This document shows, piece after piece, positions 51,537 through 60,649 of a DNA stretch of 64,000 nucleotides; within the stretch, counting starts at the first letter, position 1; each line of letters starts with the position of its first letter. The notes under the pieces are model-generated. The model ran no database searches. It was given only the letters and a program-made list of their open reading frames with translations, and was not told the DNA's origin. A program made the position numbers and the translations under genes. The stretch lies in assembly GCA_913045315.1 (NCBI GenBank), contig CAJWQJ010000009.1, positions 16,569 through 80,568 of the forward strand, written 5' to 3'. Source of the stretch: an uncultured Chloroflexota bacterium. Its GTDB lineage: Bacteria > Chloroflexota > Dehalococcoidia > Lucifugimonadales > UBA1127.

Positions 51537-52880
51537 CTATCTAATTATCGATTTTGCAACTTGCATCTGTGAATCAAGATCAGTTTGTAAAAATTCATGA
51601 AATTTAACATAAAAATCATCAAGAGAAATTCCTATATTTTTTTGAAATGACCTTTCGTAACCATATTTTTCAATATCGTTCCAGTAATCATAAAGAACTG
51701 CATCTAAACTCGATATACTGGCAGCGTAAACCATAGACCAAACTGGCATTTCATAAGTTAGAATATGTCCATATTTTTCATTTTTTATAGTATTTCTCTG
51801 TGTTGGAGATTCATTCATATCAAGAGATACACCAGGGTAATCAGTTAACATTTTTTTGGTAACATCCATTCTCCACATAAGTTGATCTTCCCAGTCAAGC
51901 CAACCGGCCTTTAAACCCACATAAAGTGCGGCAAATTCTGCAGAACCTTCGATCAGCCAAATTGGACCATTCGATCCGATGACATCAGGATTAATTGATC
52001 GAGGAACACGTAACCCATGTGCCCCTTGGTATGCATGAAAATATTCGTGAGCAATAACCTTTCTAGGATCTCCAGATATATCGATACCGGAACCACGGGG
52101 AATTTTATCCCACATACCACTCGAAGCTAGTATAAGGAATCCAGAATTTGTAGATCCAGCTGATGAAGCAGCTGCCCCCCCACCCAAAGACATTTCTGAA
52201 ATTTTCTTTGATAGGATCTCTTCGCATCCTTCAAATGAATTAGAAAAGTTTGCAGTATCAAAACGAAATAAACATAAATCACGAACAATAAGATGTTGAT
52301 CAGATTCTTCACTATGCCAAATTGTTATACCTAGATAATCACGTGTCCCTTCAGGAGTATCTAAATCAGCTGATGTTACTGGAAACATTTGAGTAGCAAA
52401 TCGTAGTCCAGTTTTTATTTGATCAAGACCTAAAGGAGTAACATCGTATGCTAATATTTCTATACAGAACTTGGTGATAGGTATATCTATACATGCATCA
52501 GACCCCCCCAATGTTTTCGAAGCAATTGATGTTCCGGTCTGTGGTGAGAAGAGATCTTTATTGTTTTTCCATATTTTTGTATCTAGTGAAATAATTGGTA
52601 CAGGAGTAGCAGTCGGTATCGGTGTGGAGGTAGGGATTGGAGTAGGTGTTGGGCTAGGTGTAGGAGTAGGTAACGGAGTAGCTGTAGGTAGTGGTGTTGA
52701 TGTGGGAGTAGGCACGGGGGTTGGTGTCGGATTTTCATTTATCCATGCGGTAACCGTTGATTGAACTTTTTGAGATATCTCAGCATTAATTCGAGCCTCT
52801 ACAATAGCAGGATCTTCTGATTGCAAACATCCGAAAAATGCTGCTAAAGATATTGTTAAAAGAGTAATATATAGGTGCAT
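51537..52880 (-). CDS. Putative lipoprotein with P/T-rich linker and zincin-like HExxH domain
   Basis: Signal ending FFGC, PT repeats, HEYFH...WLIEGSAE. Confidence 0.75.
   Translation of the reverse strand: MHLYITLLTISLAAFFGCLQSEDPAIVEARINAEISQKVQSTVTAWINENPTPTPVPTPTSTPLPTATPLPTPTPSPTPTPIPTSTPIPTATPVPIISLDTKIWKNNKDLFSPQTGTSIASKTLGGSDACIDIPITKFCIEILAYDVTPLGLDQIKTGLRFATQMFPVTSADLDTPEGTRDYLGITIWHSEESDQHLIVRDLCLFRFDTANFSNSFEGCEEILSKKISEMSLGGGAAASSAGSTNSGFLILASSGMWDKIPRGSGIDISGDPRKVIAHEYFHAYQGAHGLRVPRSINPDVIGSNGPIWLIEGSAEFAALYVGLKAGWLDWEDQLMWRMDVTKKMLTDYPGVSLDMNESPTQRNTIKNEKYGHILTYEMPVWSMVYAASISSLDAVLYDYWNDIEKYGYERSFQKNIGISLDDFYVKFHEFLQTDLDSQMQVAKSIIR
52596..52730 (-). repeat. Pro/Thr-rich low-complexity coding repeat
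   Basis: Encodes PTPTPVPTPTSTPLPTATPLPTPTPSPTPTPIPTSTPIPTATPVP. Confidence 0.9.
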
Positions 52881-52978
52881 AAATGAAGTATATCAAAAAT
52901 ATATATAATGATTATAAATTTCTCGATTAATTATATAGAAAGTTACATTCTTAATTGGGAAATTAAGATAAAAGAACC

Positions 52979-53007
52979 TTGCCCGAAACTCCTAGTCCGA
53001 ATAGACT
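52979..53007 (+). promoter_or_regulatory. Putative sigma-70 promoter of dapF-dapL-hflX
   Basis: TTGCCC-17 nt-TAGACT, 20 nt before the dapF ATG. Confidence 0.5.
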
Positions 53008-53027
53008 AAATATTAGAGGATAAATAT

Positions 53028-53918
53028 ATGGAATTTACAAAAATGCATGGAGCTGGCAACGATTTTGTTGTAATGGATGCTAGAAATAAAACTCAGAACT
53101 GGTCTGAATTAGCTCAAGAAATGAGTGATCGACATACGGGAATAGGTTCAGATGGAATTCTACTTGTTCTTGATTCAAATCATGCAGATATTCGCATGCA
53201 GATGTTTAATCCTGATGGGTCAGAAGGATCGATGTGCGGTAATGGAATCAGATGTTTTGCAAAATATGTTGTTGAAAATTCAATTGTTGCAGAGTCAGAT
53301 GAATTACGAATTGAATCAGCTGTCGATATCCATCAAGTTCAACTTCTTAAATCAAATGGGACAATTAATCGAGCACGGGTAAATATGGGCACACCCAGAT
53401 TAAAACCCGAAGAGATACCTGTTGACCCGAACCACCGTATTATTCCAGTAGGTGGAAATCCCTCAGACAGTATGGTACGACCATTTAATGAAAATGAAAT
53501 CGTTTATAAATGGTCCCTAGCTGTAGAAGGGAATGGTATGAATATTACAGGTGTTTCTATGGGAAACCCTCATGCTGTTACGTTTTTAAATACACCAATA
53601 AATGAATTTCCACTCCATGAAGTAGGTCCGAAAGTTGAACATCATCCCTTATTTCCAGATCGTGTAAATTTTGAAATTGTTAATATAATCGATAAATCTC
53701 ATCTTGATGTTCGGGTCTGGGAACGTGGTGCAGGTTTAACTATGGCTTGTGGCAGTGGTGCTTGTGCAGTAGCTGTTGCTGCTTATTTACATGGATATAT
53801 TGATGATAATGTTGCTATCAGATTGCCAGGAGGAACCTTAAACATCGCTTGGGATGGAAAAGGTGATGTAATTATGGAAGGTCCTGCTGAAACCGTATTT
53901 ACAGGAATATGGCCATAA
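53028..53918 (+). CDS. dapF: Diaminopimelate epimerase
   Basis: KMHGAGNDF, MCGNGIRC, GNPH, ERGAG.T.ACGSGA. Confidence 0.97.
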   Translation: MEFTKMHGAGNDFVVMDARNKTQNWSELAQEMSDRHTGIGSDGILLVLDSNHADIRMQMFNPDGSEGSMCGNGIRCFAKYVVENSIVAESDELRIESAVDIHQVQLLKSNGTINRARVNMGTPRLKPEEIPVDPNHRIIPVGGNPSDSMVRPFNENEIVYKWSLAVEGNGMNITGVSMGNPHAVTFLNTPINEFPLHEVGPKVEHHPLFPDRVNFEIVNIIDKSHLDVRVWERGAGLTMACGSGACAVAVAAYLHGYIDDNVAIRLPGGTLNIAWDGKGDVIMEGPAETVFTGIWP

Positions 53919-53943
53919 CCAAACACCAATATCGGAGGATTTA

Positions 53944-55122
53944 ATGGCACGAATTTCAAAACGAGTGGAACAGTTACCACCGTATCTTTTTGTAGAAATA
54001 TCTCGAAAAATTGCAGCAAAAAAAGCTGAAGGAAAACAGGTTATCACTTTTGGAATCGGCGACCCAGATATTCCGACTCCAGATTCAGTCTTGAAACGGC
54101 TTGCAGAAACAGCCTATGACGCACCTAATCATCGATATCCTGAAACAGAAGGACTTCCTGAATTTCGCTCTGAAGTTGCTAAATGGTATAAATCTCGATT
54201 TGATGTAACAGTAGATCCTGCTACAGAAATAATGTCCCTGATTGGTGCTAAAGAGGGGATAGGACATATATCCTTAGGACTACTTGATCCAGGCGATATC
54301 GCACTTGAACCTGACCCTGCGTATCCTGTCTATCATGTAGGAACATTGTTCGCTGGTGGTGAATCAGTAAAAATTCCTTTAAGTGAATCAACTGGTTGGC
54401 TTCCAGATTTTTCCAAAATTCCTTCCGATGTTGCTGAAAAAGCAAAAATTATCTGGTTAAATTATCCAAATAATCCGACCGGAGCTGTCGCACCATTATC
54501 TTTTTTTGAGGAAGCTGTTGCATTTGCCAAAAAATATGACATTGCTATATTGAATGATGCTTGTTATACCGAGGTATATTACGATGATTATCGACCAGTT
54601 AGCATCCTTGAAGTTCCTGGAGCAAAAGATGTAAGTATTGAATTTCACTCTCTTTCAAAGAGTTACAATATGACTGGCTGGAGAATTGGAATGGCTGTAG
54701 GAAATCAAGAACTCATTCGAGCACTGTTTCTTGTAAAATCAAACTTAGATTCAGGAGCATCTCAAGCAATTCAACATATGGGTATTGCTGCTATGCAACT
54801 TTCTGACAATGAAATTCAAGCTCGAAATAAACAGTATCAAGATAGACGAGATAAAGTAGTTGAGACACTTCAAAAAATTGGACTTGATGTTACACCTCCA
54901 AAAGCAAGCTTATATGTATGGGCTCCAGTACCTAAAGGACATACATCTGCATCATTTGCTACAGCTGTATTAGATGATCTTGATATTGTACTGACACCTG
55001 GTTCAAGTTATGGTGAATTTGGTGAAGGATATATCAGGCTTTCTCTTACCATTAGCGACCAAGATTTGGATGAAGGATTACGACGGTTAAACACATGGAC
55101 TATTCCTAAAGGACCAGGATAA
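53944..55122 (+). CDS. dapL: LL-diaminopimelate aminotransferase
   Basis: PPYLF, GIGDPD, G.KEGI, NYPNNPTG, SLSKSYNMTGWRIG, K.N.DSG; directly after dapF. Confidence 0.88.
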   Translation: MARISKRVEQLPPYLFVEISRKIAAKKAEGKQVITFGIGDPDIPTPDSVLKRLAETAYDAPNHRYPETEGLPEFRSEVAKWYKSRFDVTVDPATEIMSLIGAKEGIGHISLGLLDPGDIALEPDPAYPVYHVGTLFAGGESVKIPLSESTGWLPDFSKIPSDVAEKAKIIWLNYPNNPTGAVAPLSFFEEAVAFAKKYDIAILNDACYTEVYYDDYRPVSILEVPGAKDVSIEFHSLSKSYNMTGWRIGMAVGNQELIRALFLVKSNLDSGASQAIQHMGIAAMQLSDNEIQARNKQYQDRRDKVVETLQKIGLDVTPPKASLYVWAPVPKGHTSASFATAVLDDLDIVLTPGSSYGEFGEGYIRLSLTISDQDLDEGLRRLNTWTIPKGPG

Positions 55123-55137
55123 AACACGGAGAAAATC

Positions 55138-56298
55138 ATTAGAACGAGTACAATTCCTACAAAAATTGATACTGAACGTGCAATCATCGCAGGACTTGCA
55201 CGAAAAGATGAAATTCGAATCTCTTCTCGCGTCTTTAATGAATCCATGGATGAATTAGAACAATTAGCCATGAGTGTTGGTGCTGAAACAATTGCAAGAT
55301 TTACCCAAACACTTGATCGACCAACCTCTCATTACTTTGGCAAAGGAAAACTTCAGGAACTTGCTGAATTACAAAACAAGGAACGTTGTGATGTCATCTT
55401 TTTTAATGACGAGCTGACTCCTGCTCAACAACGAAACCTTGAGGATAGCCTTAATACAAAAATACTTGATAGAAGTGCATTAATACTTGATATCTTTGCA
55501 CAGCGAGCACAAACTCGTGAAGGTTCTCTCCAAGTTGAACTTGCACAACATCAATACCTCCTACCACGATTAATGGGCCAATGGTCTCATCTTGAACGTT
55601 TAGGTGGCGGTATCGGAACAAGGGGGCCTGGTGAAAGCCAGTTGGAAACAGACCGTCGATTAATTCGTCAACGAATTAGTCGATTAAAAAAACAATTAGA
55701 CACCGTAAGCAAACAACGATCGCAGTATCGAAGCAGAAGAAAATCAACTGGAGTACGAATTGTATCGTTAATTGGATATACAAATGCTGGAAAAAGTACC
55801 TTATTTAACACGTTAACCAGTGCCGATGTTACTGCAGAAAACCGACCATTCTCAACATTGGATCCGATAACGAGAAAAATGCATTTACCCTATGATGAAA
55901 CTGCTCTATTAACTGATACCGTAGGTTTTATACATAAATTACCACCCCTTTTAGTTGCGGCATTTCAAGCAACACTAGAAGAGTTATATGAAACAAATCT
56001 TCTGCTGCATGTTGTTGACATAACGCATCCTAATGCAATAAACCACATGAAAGTAGTTGAATCAACCTTGAAAGATCTGAAACTAACAGAAAAACCATGT
56101 CTGTACGTTTTTAACAAGGCTGATCTTCTCTCCTCACCAGACATATCATCCTTAGAATTACCTGAGAAAATTAGTTCTTCAAACTACTGCCTAGTTTCAG
56201 GACAAACTGGATATAATCTTGAAGAATTAAAACAGCGAATCCATCAAATATTTTCAGATGAAATTGCTGCGACATCAGCTAATGTTTTCGTTTCATGA
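55138..56298 (+). CDS. hflX: GTPase HflX; apparent ATT start
   Basis: GYTNAGKS, TLDP, DTVGF, NKAD, GTRGPGESQLE; in-frame upstream ERAIIAG segment lies before the ORF-track ATG (55246). Confidence 0.95.
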   Translation: MRTSTIPTKIDTERAIIAGLARKDEIRISSRVFNESMDELEQLAMSVGAETIARFTQTLDRPTSHYFGKGKLQELAELQNKERCDVIFFNDELTPAQQRNLEDSLNTKILDRSALILDIFAQRAQTREGSLQVELAQHQYLLPRLMGQWSHLERLGGGIGTRGPGESQLETDRRLIRQRISRLKKQLDTVSKQRSQYRSRRKSTGVRIVSLIGYTNAGKSTLFNTLTSADVTAENRPFSTLDPITRKMHLPYDETALLTDTVGFIHKLPPLLVAAFQATLEELYETNLLLHVVDITHPNAINHMKVVESTLKDLKLTEKPCLYVFNKADLLSSPDISSLELPEKISSSNYCLVSGQTGYNLEELKQRIHQIFSDEIAATSANVFVS

Positions 56299-56305
56299 TT
56301 CGACG

Positions 56306-57511
56306 ATGATAAAGAATTCTTTTATTATTTTACTTTCTCTAATGTTGCTAACATTAGTAATGGCATGTAAAGATTCTCATCCTGAAATGGTAAATATAAC
56401 AACTGCTGTTACTCCTAATGTAGAAATAATTCCATCTGACGATACAAAACTCATGTCATTAACTGTAACGCCATCGATTGTAATAAATGATCAAACCAAG
56501 AATGTAGCTGAACCAACCGATACAGTTACTCCTGATCAAAAGAAAGCACATAAAATACCTGAACAATCTCCTACACCAACTATTACAACACAAGAAACGG
56601 AAGTAGATATTCTATCAGAATGGATATGTATAGATATTTCAAATATTCCATGGGTCGATGACTTAAGTACAACTGATCAAGATGATTTACGATGCAAAAT
56701 GGATATTGAATACACTGACTTATCAATAATATTGAAAAGTAATGGAATCCCTAATCATGATTTTCAATCCGGAATAGGATGCTGTGCATCAGAGCAAGAT
56801 TATACTTGGACGCTTCCGAGGTATCCTCGAATTGCAAATGAAGTAACGATGGCACCTGATCGTGGCCCCATCGCTATCACAGTTACTGGTATACCTATAT
56901 ATGGACCTGAGGAAGGACCTGGAGGTGATGCTGTTGCATTACATCATGATTATTTTATTGAAGATCGCCAACCCATTGAATTAGGATTATGTGGTGGGCA
57001 CAGTGGTCCTGGTGGAACATACCATTATCATTTTGATGCAAATTGTATCCATTGGCATCCTGAAGAAAATTCAGGTGAAAAATGGTCTGATTGGATTATA
57101 GATAAAATTGATAAAACAATACATTCTCCAATTCTCGGATACGCATTCGACGGATTTCCGATATACGGCATGTATGGATGGGATGACAACGGATTCGTTA
57201 CAATGATGACATCTAGTTATCAATTAAAATCAGGAGCAAATGGATACGGCGGAATTGATGATTGGGAATATATTGCCGGACTTGGAACACTCGATGAATG
57301 TAACGGACGTTCAGGTCCGGTTCCTGAATATCCCGAAGGCATATACCATTATCACAGTACCTTATTCAATGGTGGGAATTTGATTGGATTCCCATACTTT
57401 CTATTGTGCTACAAAGGAACTCCTGATGAAACCAACTTTAGCCAAAGACAAGGAAACGGAGTAGGACAAGGAACTCAACAACGAAGGCCATCTCCACGAA
57501 GGCAGCAATAA
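56306..57511 (+). CDS. YHYH-domain lipoprotein
   Basis: Lipobox-like LVMAC; SNGIPNH, YHYH twice, GYAFDGFPIYG, LDECNG, FPY. Confidence 0.85.
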   Translation: MIKNSFIILLSLMLLTLVMACKDSHPEMVNITTAVTPNVEIIPSDDTKLMSLTVTPSIVINDQTKNVAEPTDTVTPDQKKAHKIPEQSPTPTITTQETEVDILSEWICIDISNIPWVDDLSTTDQDDLRCKMDIEYTDLSIILKSNGIPNHDFQSGIGCCASEQDYTWTLPRYPRIANEVTMAPDRGPIAITVTGIPIYGPEEGPGGDAVALHHDYFIEDRQPIELGLCGGHSGPGGTYHYHFDANCIHWHPEENSGEKWSDWIIDKIDKTIHSPILGYAFDGFPIYGMYGWDDNGFVTMMTSSYQLKSGANGYGGIDDWEYIAGLGTLDECNGRSGPVPEYPEGIYHYHSTLFNGGNLIGFPYFLLCYKGTPDETNFSQRQGNGVGQGTQQRRPSPRRQQ

Positions 57512-57512
57512 G

Positions 57513-57785
57513 TTATCTGGCAGAATAATCTTCATCTTCACAACCAACACCATTTCCATCAGGATCAAATCCATGAGGGTCAGGTGGGAACACCGTGAAG
57601 TGGGTGAATTCAATATCATCGCAAGTAATAATAGGTGGAGCTTTCGGAATACATATTCCTGCTCCTGGATAAGAAATGTGATCACAATTATATTTTCTTG
57701 TTTGTGATTCAGAAGAACATCCTGAAATGAAAAGAAAAACCATGATCAAAAGAATAATTACGTTAACTGAAAATGTTTTTATCAT
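57513..57785 (-). CDS. Small lipoprotein with Excalibur-like Ca-binding domain
   Basis: Lipobox ISGC; C..SYP...CIP..P...C and DPHGFDPDGNGVGCE. Confidence 0.75.
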   Translation of the reverse strand: MIKTFSVNVIILLIMVFLFISGCSSESQTRKYNCDHISYPGAGICIPKAPPIITCDDIEFTHFTVFPPDPHGFDPDGNGVGCEDEDYSAR

Positions 57786-57825
57786 ATAACTATTATACAG
57801 ACTTAGATTTTTTAAAAACAACTTG

Positions 57826-60525
57826 TTATATTTTTCGTTTGTTAGAAAGATAAATCAGTGTTATAAGTACAAATGCACCTACAATTCCTATTCCCCATAC
57901 ATTCATGACTGGACCAACAGTTTCAATCCAAACAGTAAATGGAAGTGACGTAATAGCAGGTAAACCAGAAGATGTTGCAATTAATTTATAATCTCGTGAA
58001 CTTGTATCAATCTTTAGATCGGTAAAAGTTGCAACTCCATCAACAATGTTCACAGTTTTCGTGCCAAGTAATGTTGCAGTAGCACCACCAGTTCCAGATA
58101 CAATAGCGATAGATACCGTTCCTGTATTTGAAGCAGGATTACCAAACGAATCTGTTAATAAAACAATTGGTTGAGGAGAAAATAATTGATTCATAATTCC
58201 ATGCGGTGGAAATGATGAAAATATCATGGACGTTGCAGTTGCACCAGAAACAGTAAATTGTGAACTGGTTGAAGATTGAAGCCCTGAAGCAGTTGCAGTA
58301 AATGTATATCCAGATGATGCATTATCAATTCTAAGATTAGTAAAGGTAGCAATTCCATTAACTGGTGTAATTGTAGTTGTGCCTTGTAAAGTTGCCCCTG
58401 ATTTTCCAGTTCCTGATGTAATACTTATCGTGACAGGATTCGATGAAGATGTTTTTGTATTGCCACCCATATCCTGTATTGCAACACTTGGTTGAGGAAA
58501 AAGTAATACGCCTGCTGATCCATTTCCCGGTTGAGTAGTAAACCCAAGTTTTTTTGCACTCCCTGAAGGAGTAACTGAATTAGATACAGCAGAGAGTCCC
58601 GTGCCAACACTATTCGTTGCTTTTACAGAAAATGTGTATGGAATTCCTCCGGAAAGTCCATTCAGAGTTCCAGAAAGAGATCCACCAGCCATTAGAATTT
58701 TTTCAGCGTCAGGTGGATCAGCAGAAATGGTATATGAAGTTATATCACTTCCTCCATCATCACTTGGAGGTGTGAAAGTAACAAATGCCTGTTCAAAACC
58801 AGCAGATGCATTTACTGCTAATGGCGCAGCTGGTACGAGATTAGGAAGGTTTGCAAGACCATATCCCCATGTATTATTTGGAGATGAACCTTGGGTAAGA
58901 GCATTTGAGGTTAAAAATGTTTTAATTTGTACAGGTGAATACGATGGATATTGTTCAAGAATCAAAGCAGCTAAACCGGCAATATGAGGCGATGATTGGC
59001 TTGTTCCTAAAAATGAACCATAGGTAGCAGAATTTGCTCCATCCACAGCAACAATATCAGGTTTCACACGTCCATCTATTGTCGGTCCAAGTGAGCTAAA
59101 GGATTCAATTGTGGTAGGGGTTTGCCAATTTGAAGCTCCGACTGTGATCATGCCTGTATTTAAAGAATCACCTGGTTCCCCTATCGAACCACTAGTTTGA
59201 CATGATGACAGGAATTCTTTTCCATCATTCCAAACCTGAATTGTAGAAGGATTCTCACCCCATATTTTTTGAATCCGAACACCGAAAATAACGGATGAAC
59301 TAAATGATCCCGTGAGTGATTCTATTGGTACAGCTGATCCATTCTGTTGATTATCGTTAGATGTATCAGCCAGAATCCAATCGGACCCATTCCATGAATA
59401 GAGTGATAGAGCTAAATCTGTATTAGGTGAATTCCAGTCATCTACCCATCTGATTTTTATTGTAAATACCTTTCCTGATGAAATTGCAGTATTTGATTGT
59501 AATATTTCAGTATTTGATGCACATGAAAAATTTAAATAAGGATCTGAATCGGTATCATTCCATGCAGTATTCGATACTTTTCCATTATCGTTACCAGCAG
59601 AATTCACCCAAAATACACCATTTGATACAGCCGTAGAAACAGTATTAAGTGGAGAACTAGTCATCGTTGACGATCCATCACCAGTGGATGTCCAATACCA
59701 GCCCATCGAATGATTAATTATATTTACTCCTTGGGAAGTCATCCATTCAGAAGCTGCCTTTAAATCACCAACACTAACAATTTTCGCAATGTAGATAGTG
59801 GCATTAGGTGCGATATCAAGTACTGCTTCTGTTACCCCTGTTCCATGAACACTACCAGCATCACAATGATCAATATTCGTTGTACTTACACCAGCAGATA
59901 TAAAACACATAGCAGAAATAGTTGAGGGGACTTCAGTTCCTTGAAGTGCTTTGATACCACTAAATCCTGCATCAATAATCCCCACTTTTATACCAGATCC
60001 TGAGTATCCTCTTGTACGCCAGACAGGAACGTTATGAGAATTAGCACCTTCGCCAATAATATCGATAATCGGTGATTGAGCATTATACACAAATCGAACA
60101 TCATCGAGTTCAGATAAGGAAGGTAACGCATTAGAAGGAATATATGCCTCAATACTATCATGAAATACATACGAGATAGATCCACCAGCTTGAGAAATAA
60201 ATGATCGAATTGCATGAGTAGGTTGAGATACTAAAATATTTACAAGAACATTAGCTCCTGTATACGACGTTGCAAAAGCTGCACCAAAACGTTGTATCTC
60301 AGGTCCAGGCACAACGGCATATATACTAAAAGTTGAATCACCAGTAATTAATTTATTGAGACTATTGTCAAGTTTTGGATACGGACTCACAGTTTTATCA
60401 ATCGAATGAAAATCAGGAACTGGAGTCAATGGTGTTTGTGCATATATAGAATTAATTTGATAAATAGGTAAATAGGCTAATGTGAACACTATGACAAATA
60501 TTAAAGGAAAACGCCATTTATTCAT
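57826..60525 (-). CDS. Secreted S8 subtilase with FN3 domain, two Ig-like repeats and C-terminal membrane anchor
   Basis: Signal peptide; triad IDAG / HGT / GTSQSSPH; SAGN; KPDI; FN3 DDGGSDITSY; two QP.V...D..GN...ATFT.L.ID repeats. Confidence 0.9.
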   Translation of the reverse strand: MNKWRFPLIFVIVFTLAYLPIYQINSIYAQTPLTPVPDFHSIDKTVSPYPKLDNSLNKLITGDSTFSIYAVVPGPEIQRFGAAFATSYTGANVLVNILVSQPTHAIRSFISQAGGSISYVFHDSIEAYIPSNALPSLSELDDVRFVYNAQSPIIDIIGEGANSHNVPVWRTRGYSGSGIKVGIIDAGFSGIKALQGTEVPSTISAMCFISAGVSTTNIDHCDAGSVHGTGVTEAVLDIAPNATIYIAKIVSVGDLKAASEWMTSQGVNIINHSMGWYWTSTGDGSSTMTSSPLNTVSTAVSNGVFWVNSAGNDNGKVSNTAWNDTDSDPYLNFSCASNTEILQSNTAISSGKVFTIKIRWVDDWNSPNTDLALSLYSWNGSDWILADTSNDNQQNGSAVPIESLTGSFSSSVIFGVRIQKIWGENPSTIQVWNDGKEFLSSCQTSGSIGEPGDSLNTGMITVGASNWQTPTTIESFSSLGPTIDGRVKPDIVAVDGANSATYGSFLGTSQSSPHIAGLAALILEQYPSYSPVQIKTFLTSNALTQGSSPNNTWGYGLANLPNLVPAAPLAVNASAGFEQAFVTFTPPSDDGGSDITSYTISADPPDAEKILMAGGSLSGTLNGLSGGIPYTFSVKATNSVGTGLSAVSNSVTPSGSAKKLGFTTQPGNGSAGVLLFPQPSVAIQDMGGNTKTSSSNPVTISITSGTGKSGATLQGTTTITPVNGIATFTNLRIDNASSGYTFTATASGLQSSTSSQFTVSGATATSMIFSSFPPHGIMNQLFSPQPIVLLTDSFGNPASNTGTVSIAIVSGTGGATATLLGTKTVNIVDGVATFTDLKIDTSSRDYKLIATSSGLPAITSLPFTVWIETVGPVMNVWGIGIVGAFVLITLIYLSNKRKI

Positions 60526-60649
60526 TAATTGAGCCTAATTCGCAAATAGAATGTGACGATATACATTAGATTTTAGCAAATATCTATTGAAGTGAAAAGT
60601 GTCGTGTTATACTCACAACGATTAATCGTACGACCTTATTGGAGCAGTA

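Noticed and set aside
52471-52764. Gly/Val-repeat ORF on + strand; possible CRISPR-like or tandem array
   Set aside because: Antisense shadow of the P/T codon repeat; no constant repeat with unique spacers
55120-55140. dapL-hflX readthrough fusion (same frame)
   Set aside because: The stop is TAA and a separate SD precedes the ATT; independent initiation is simpler
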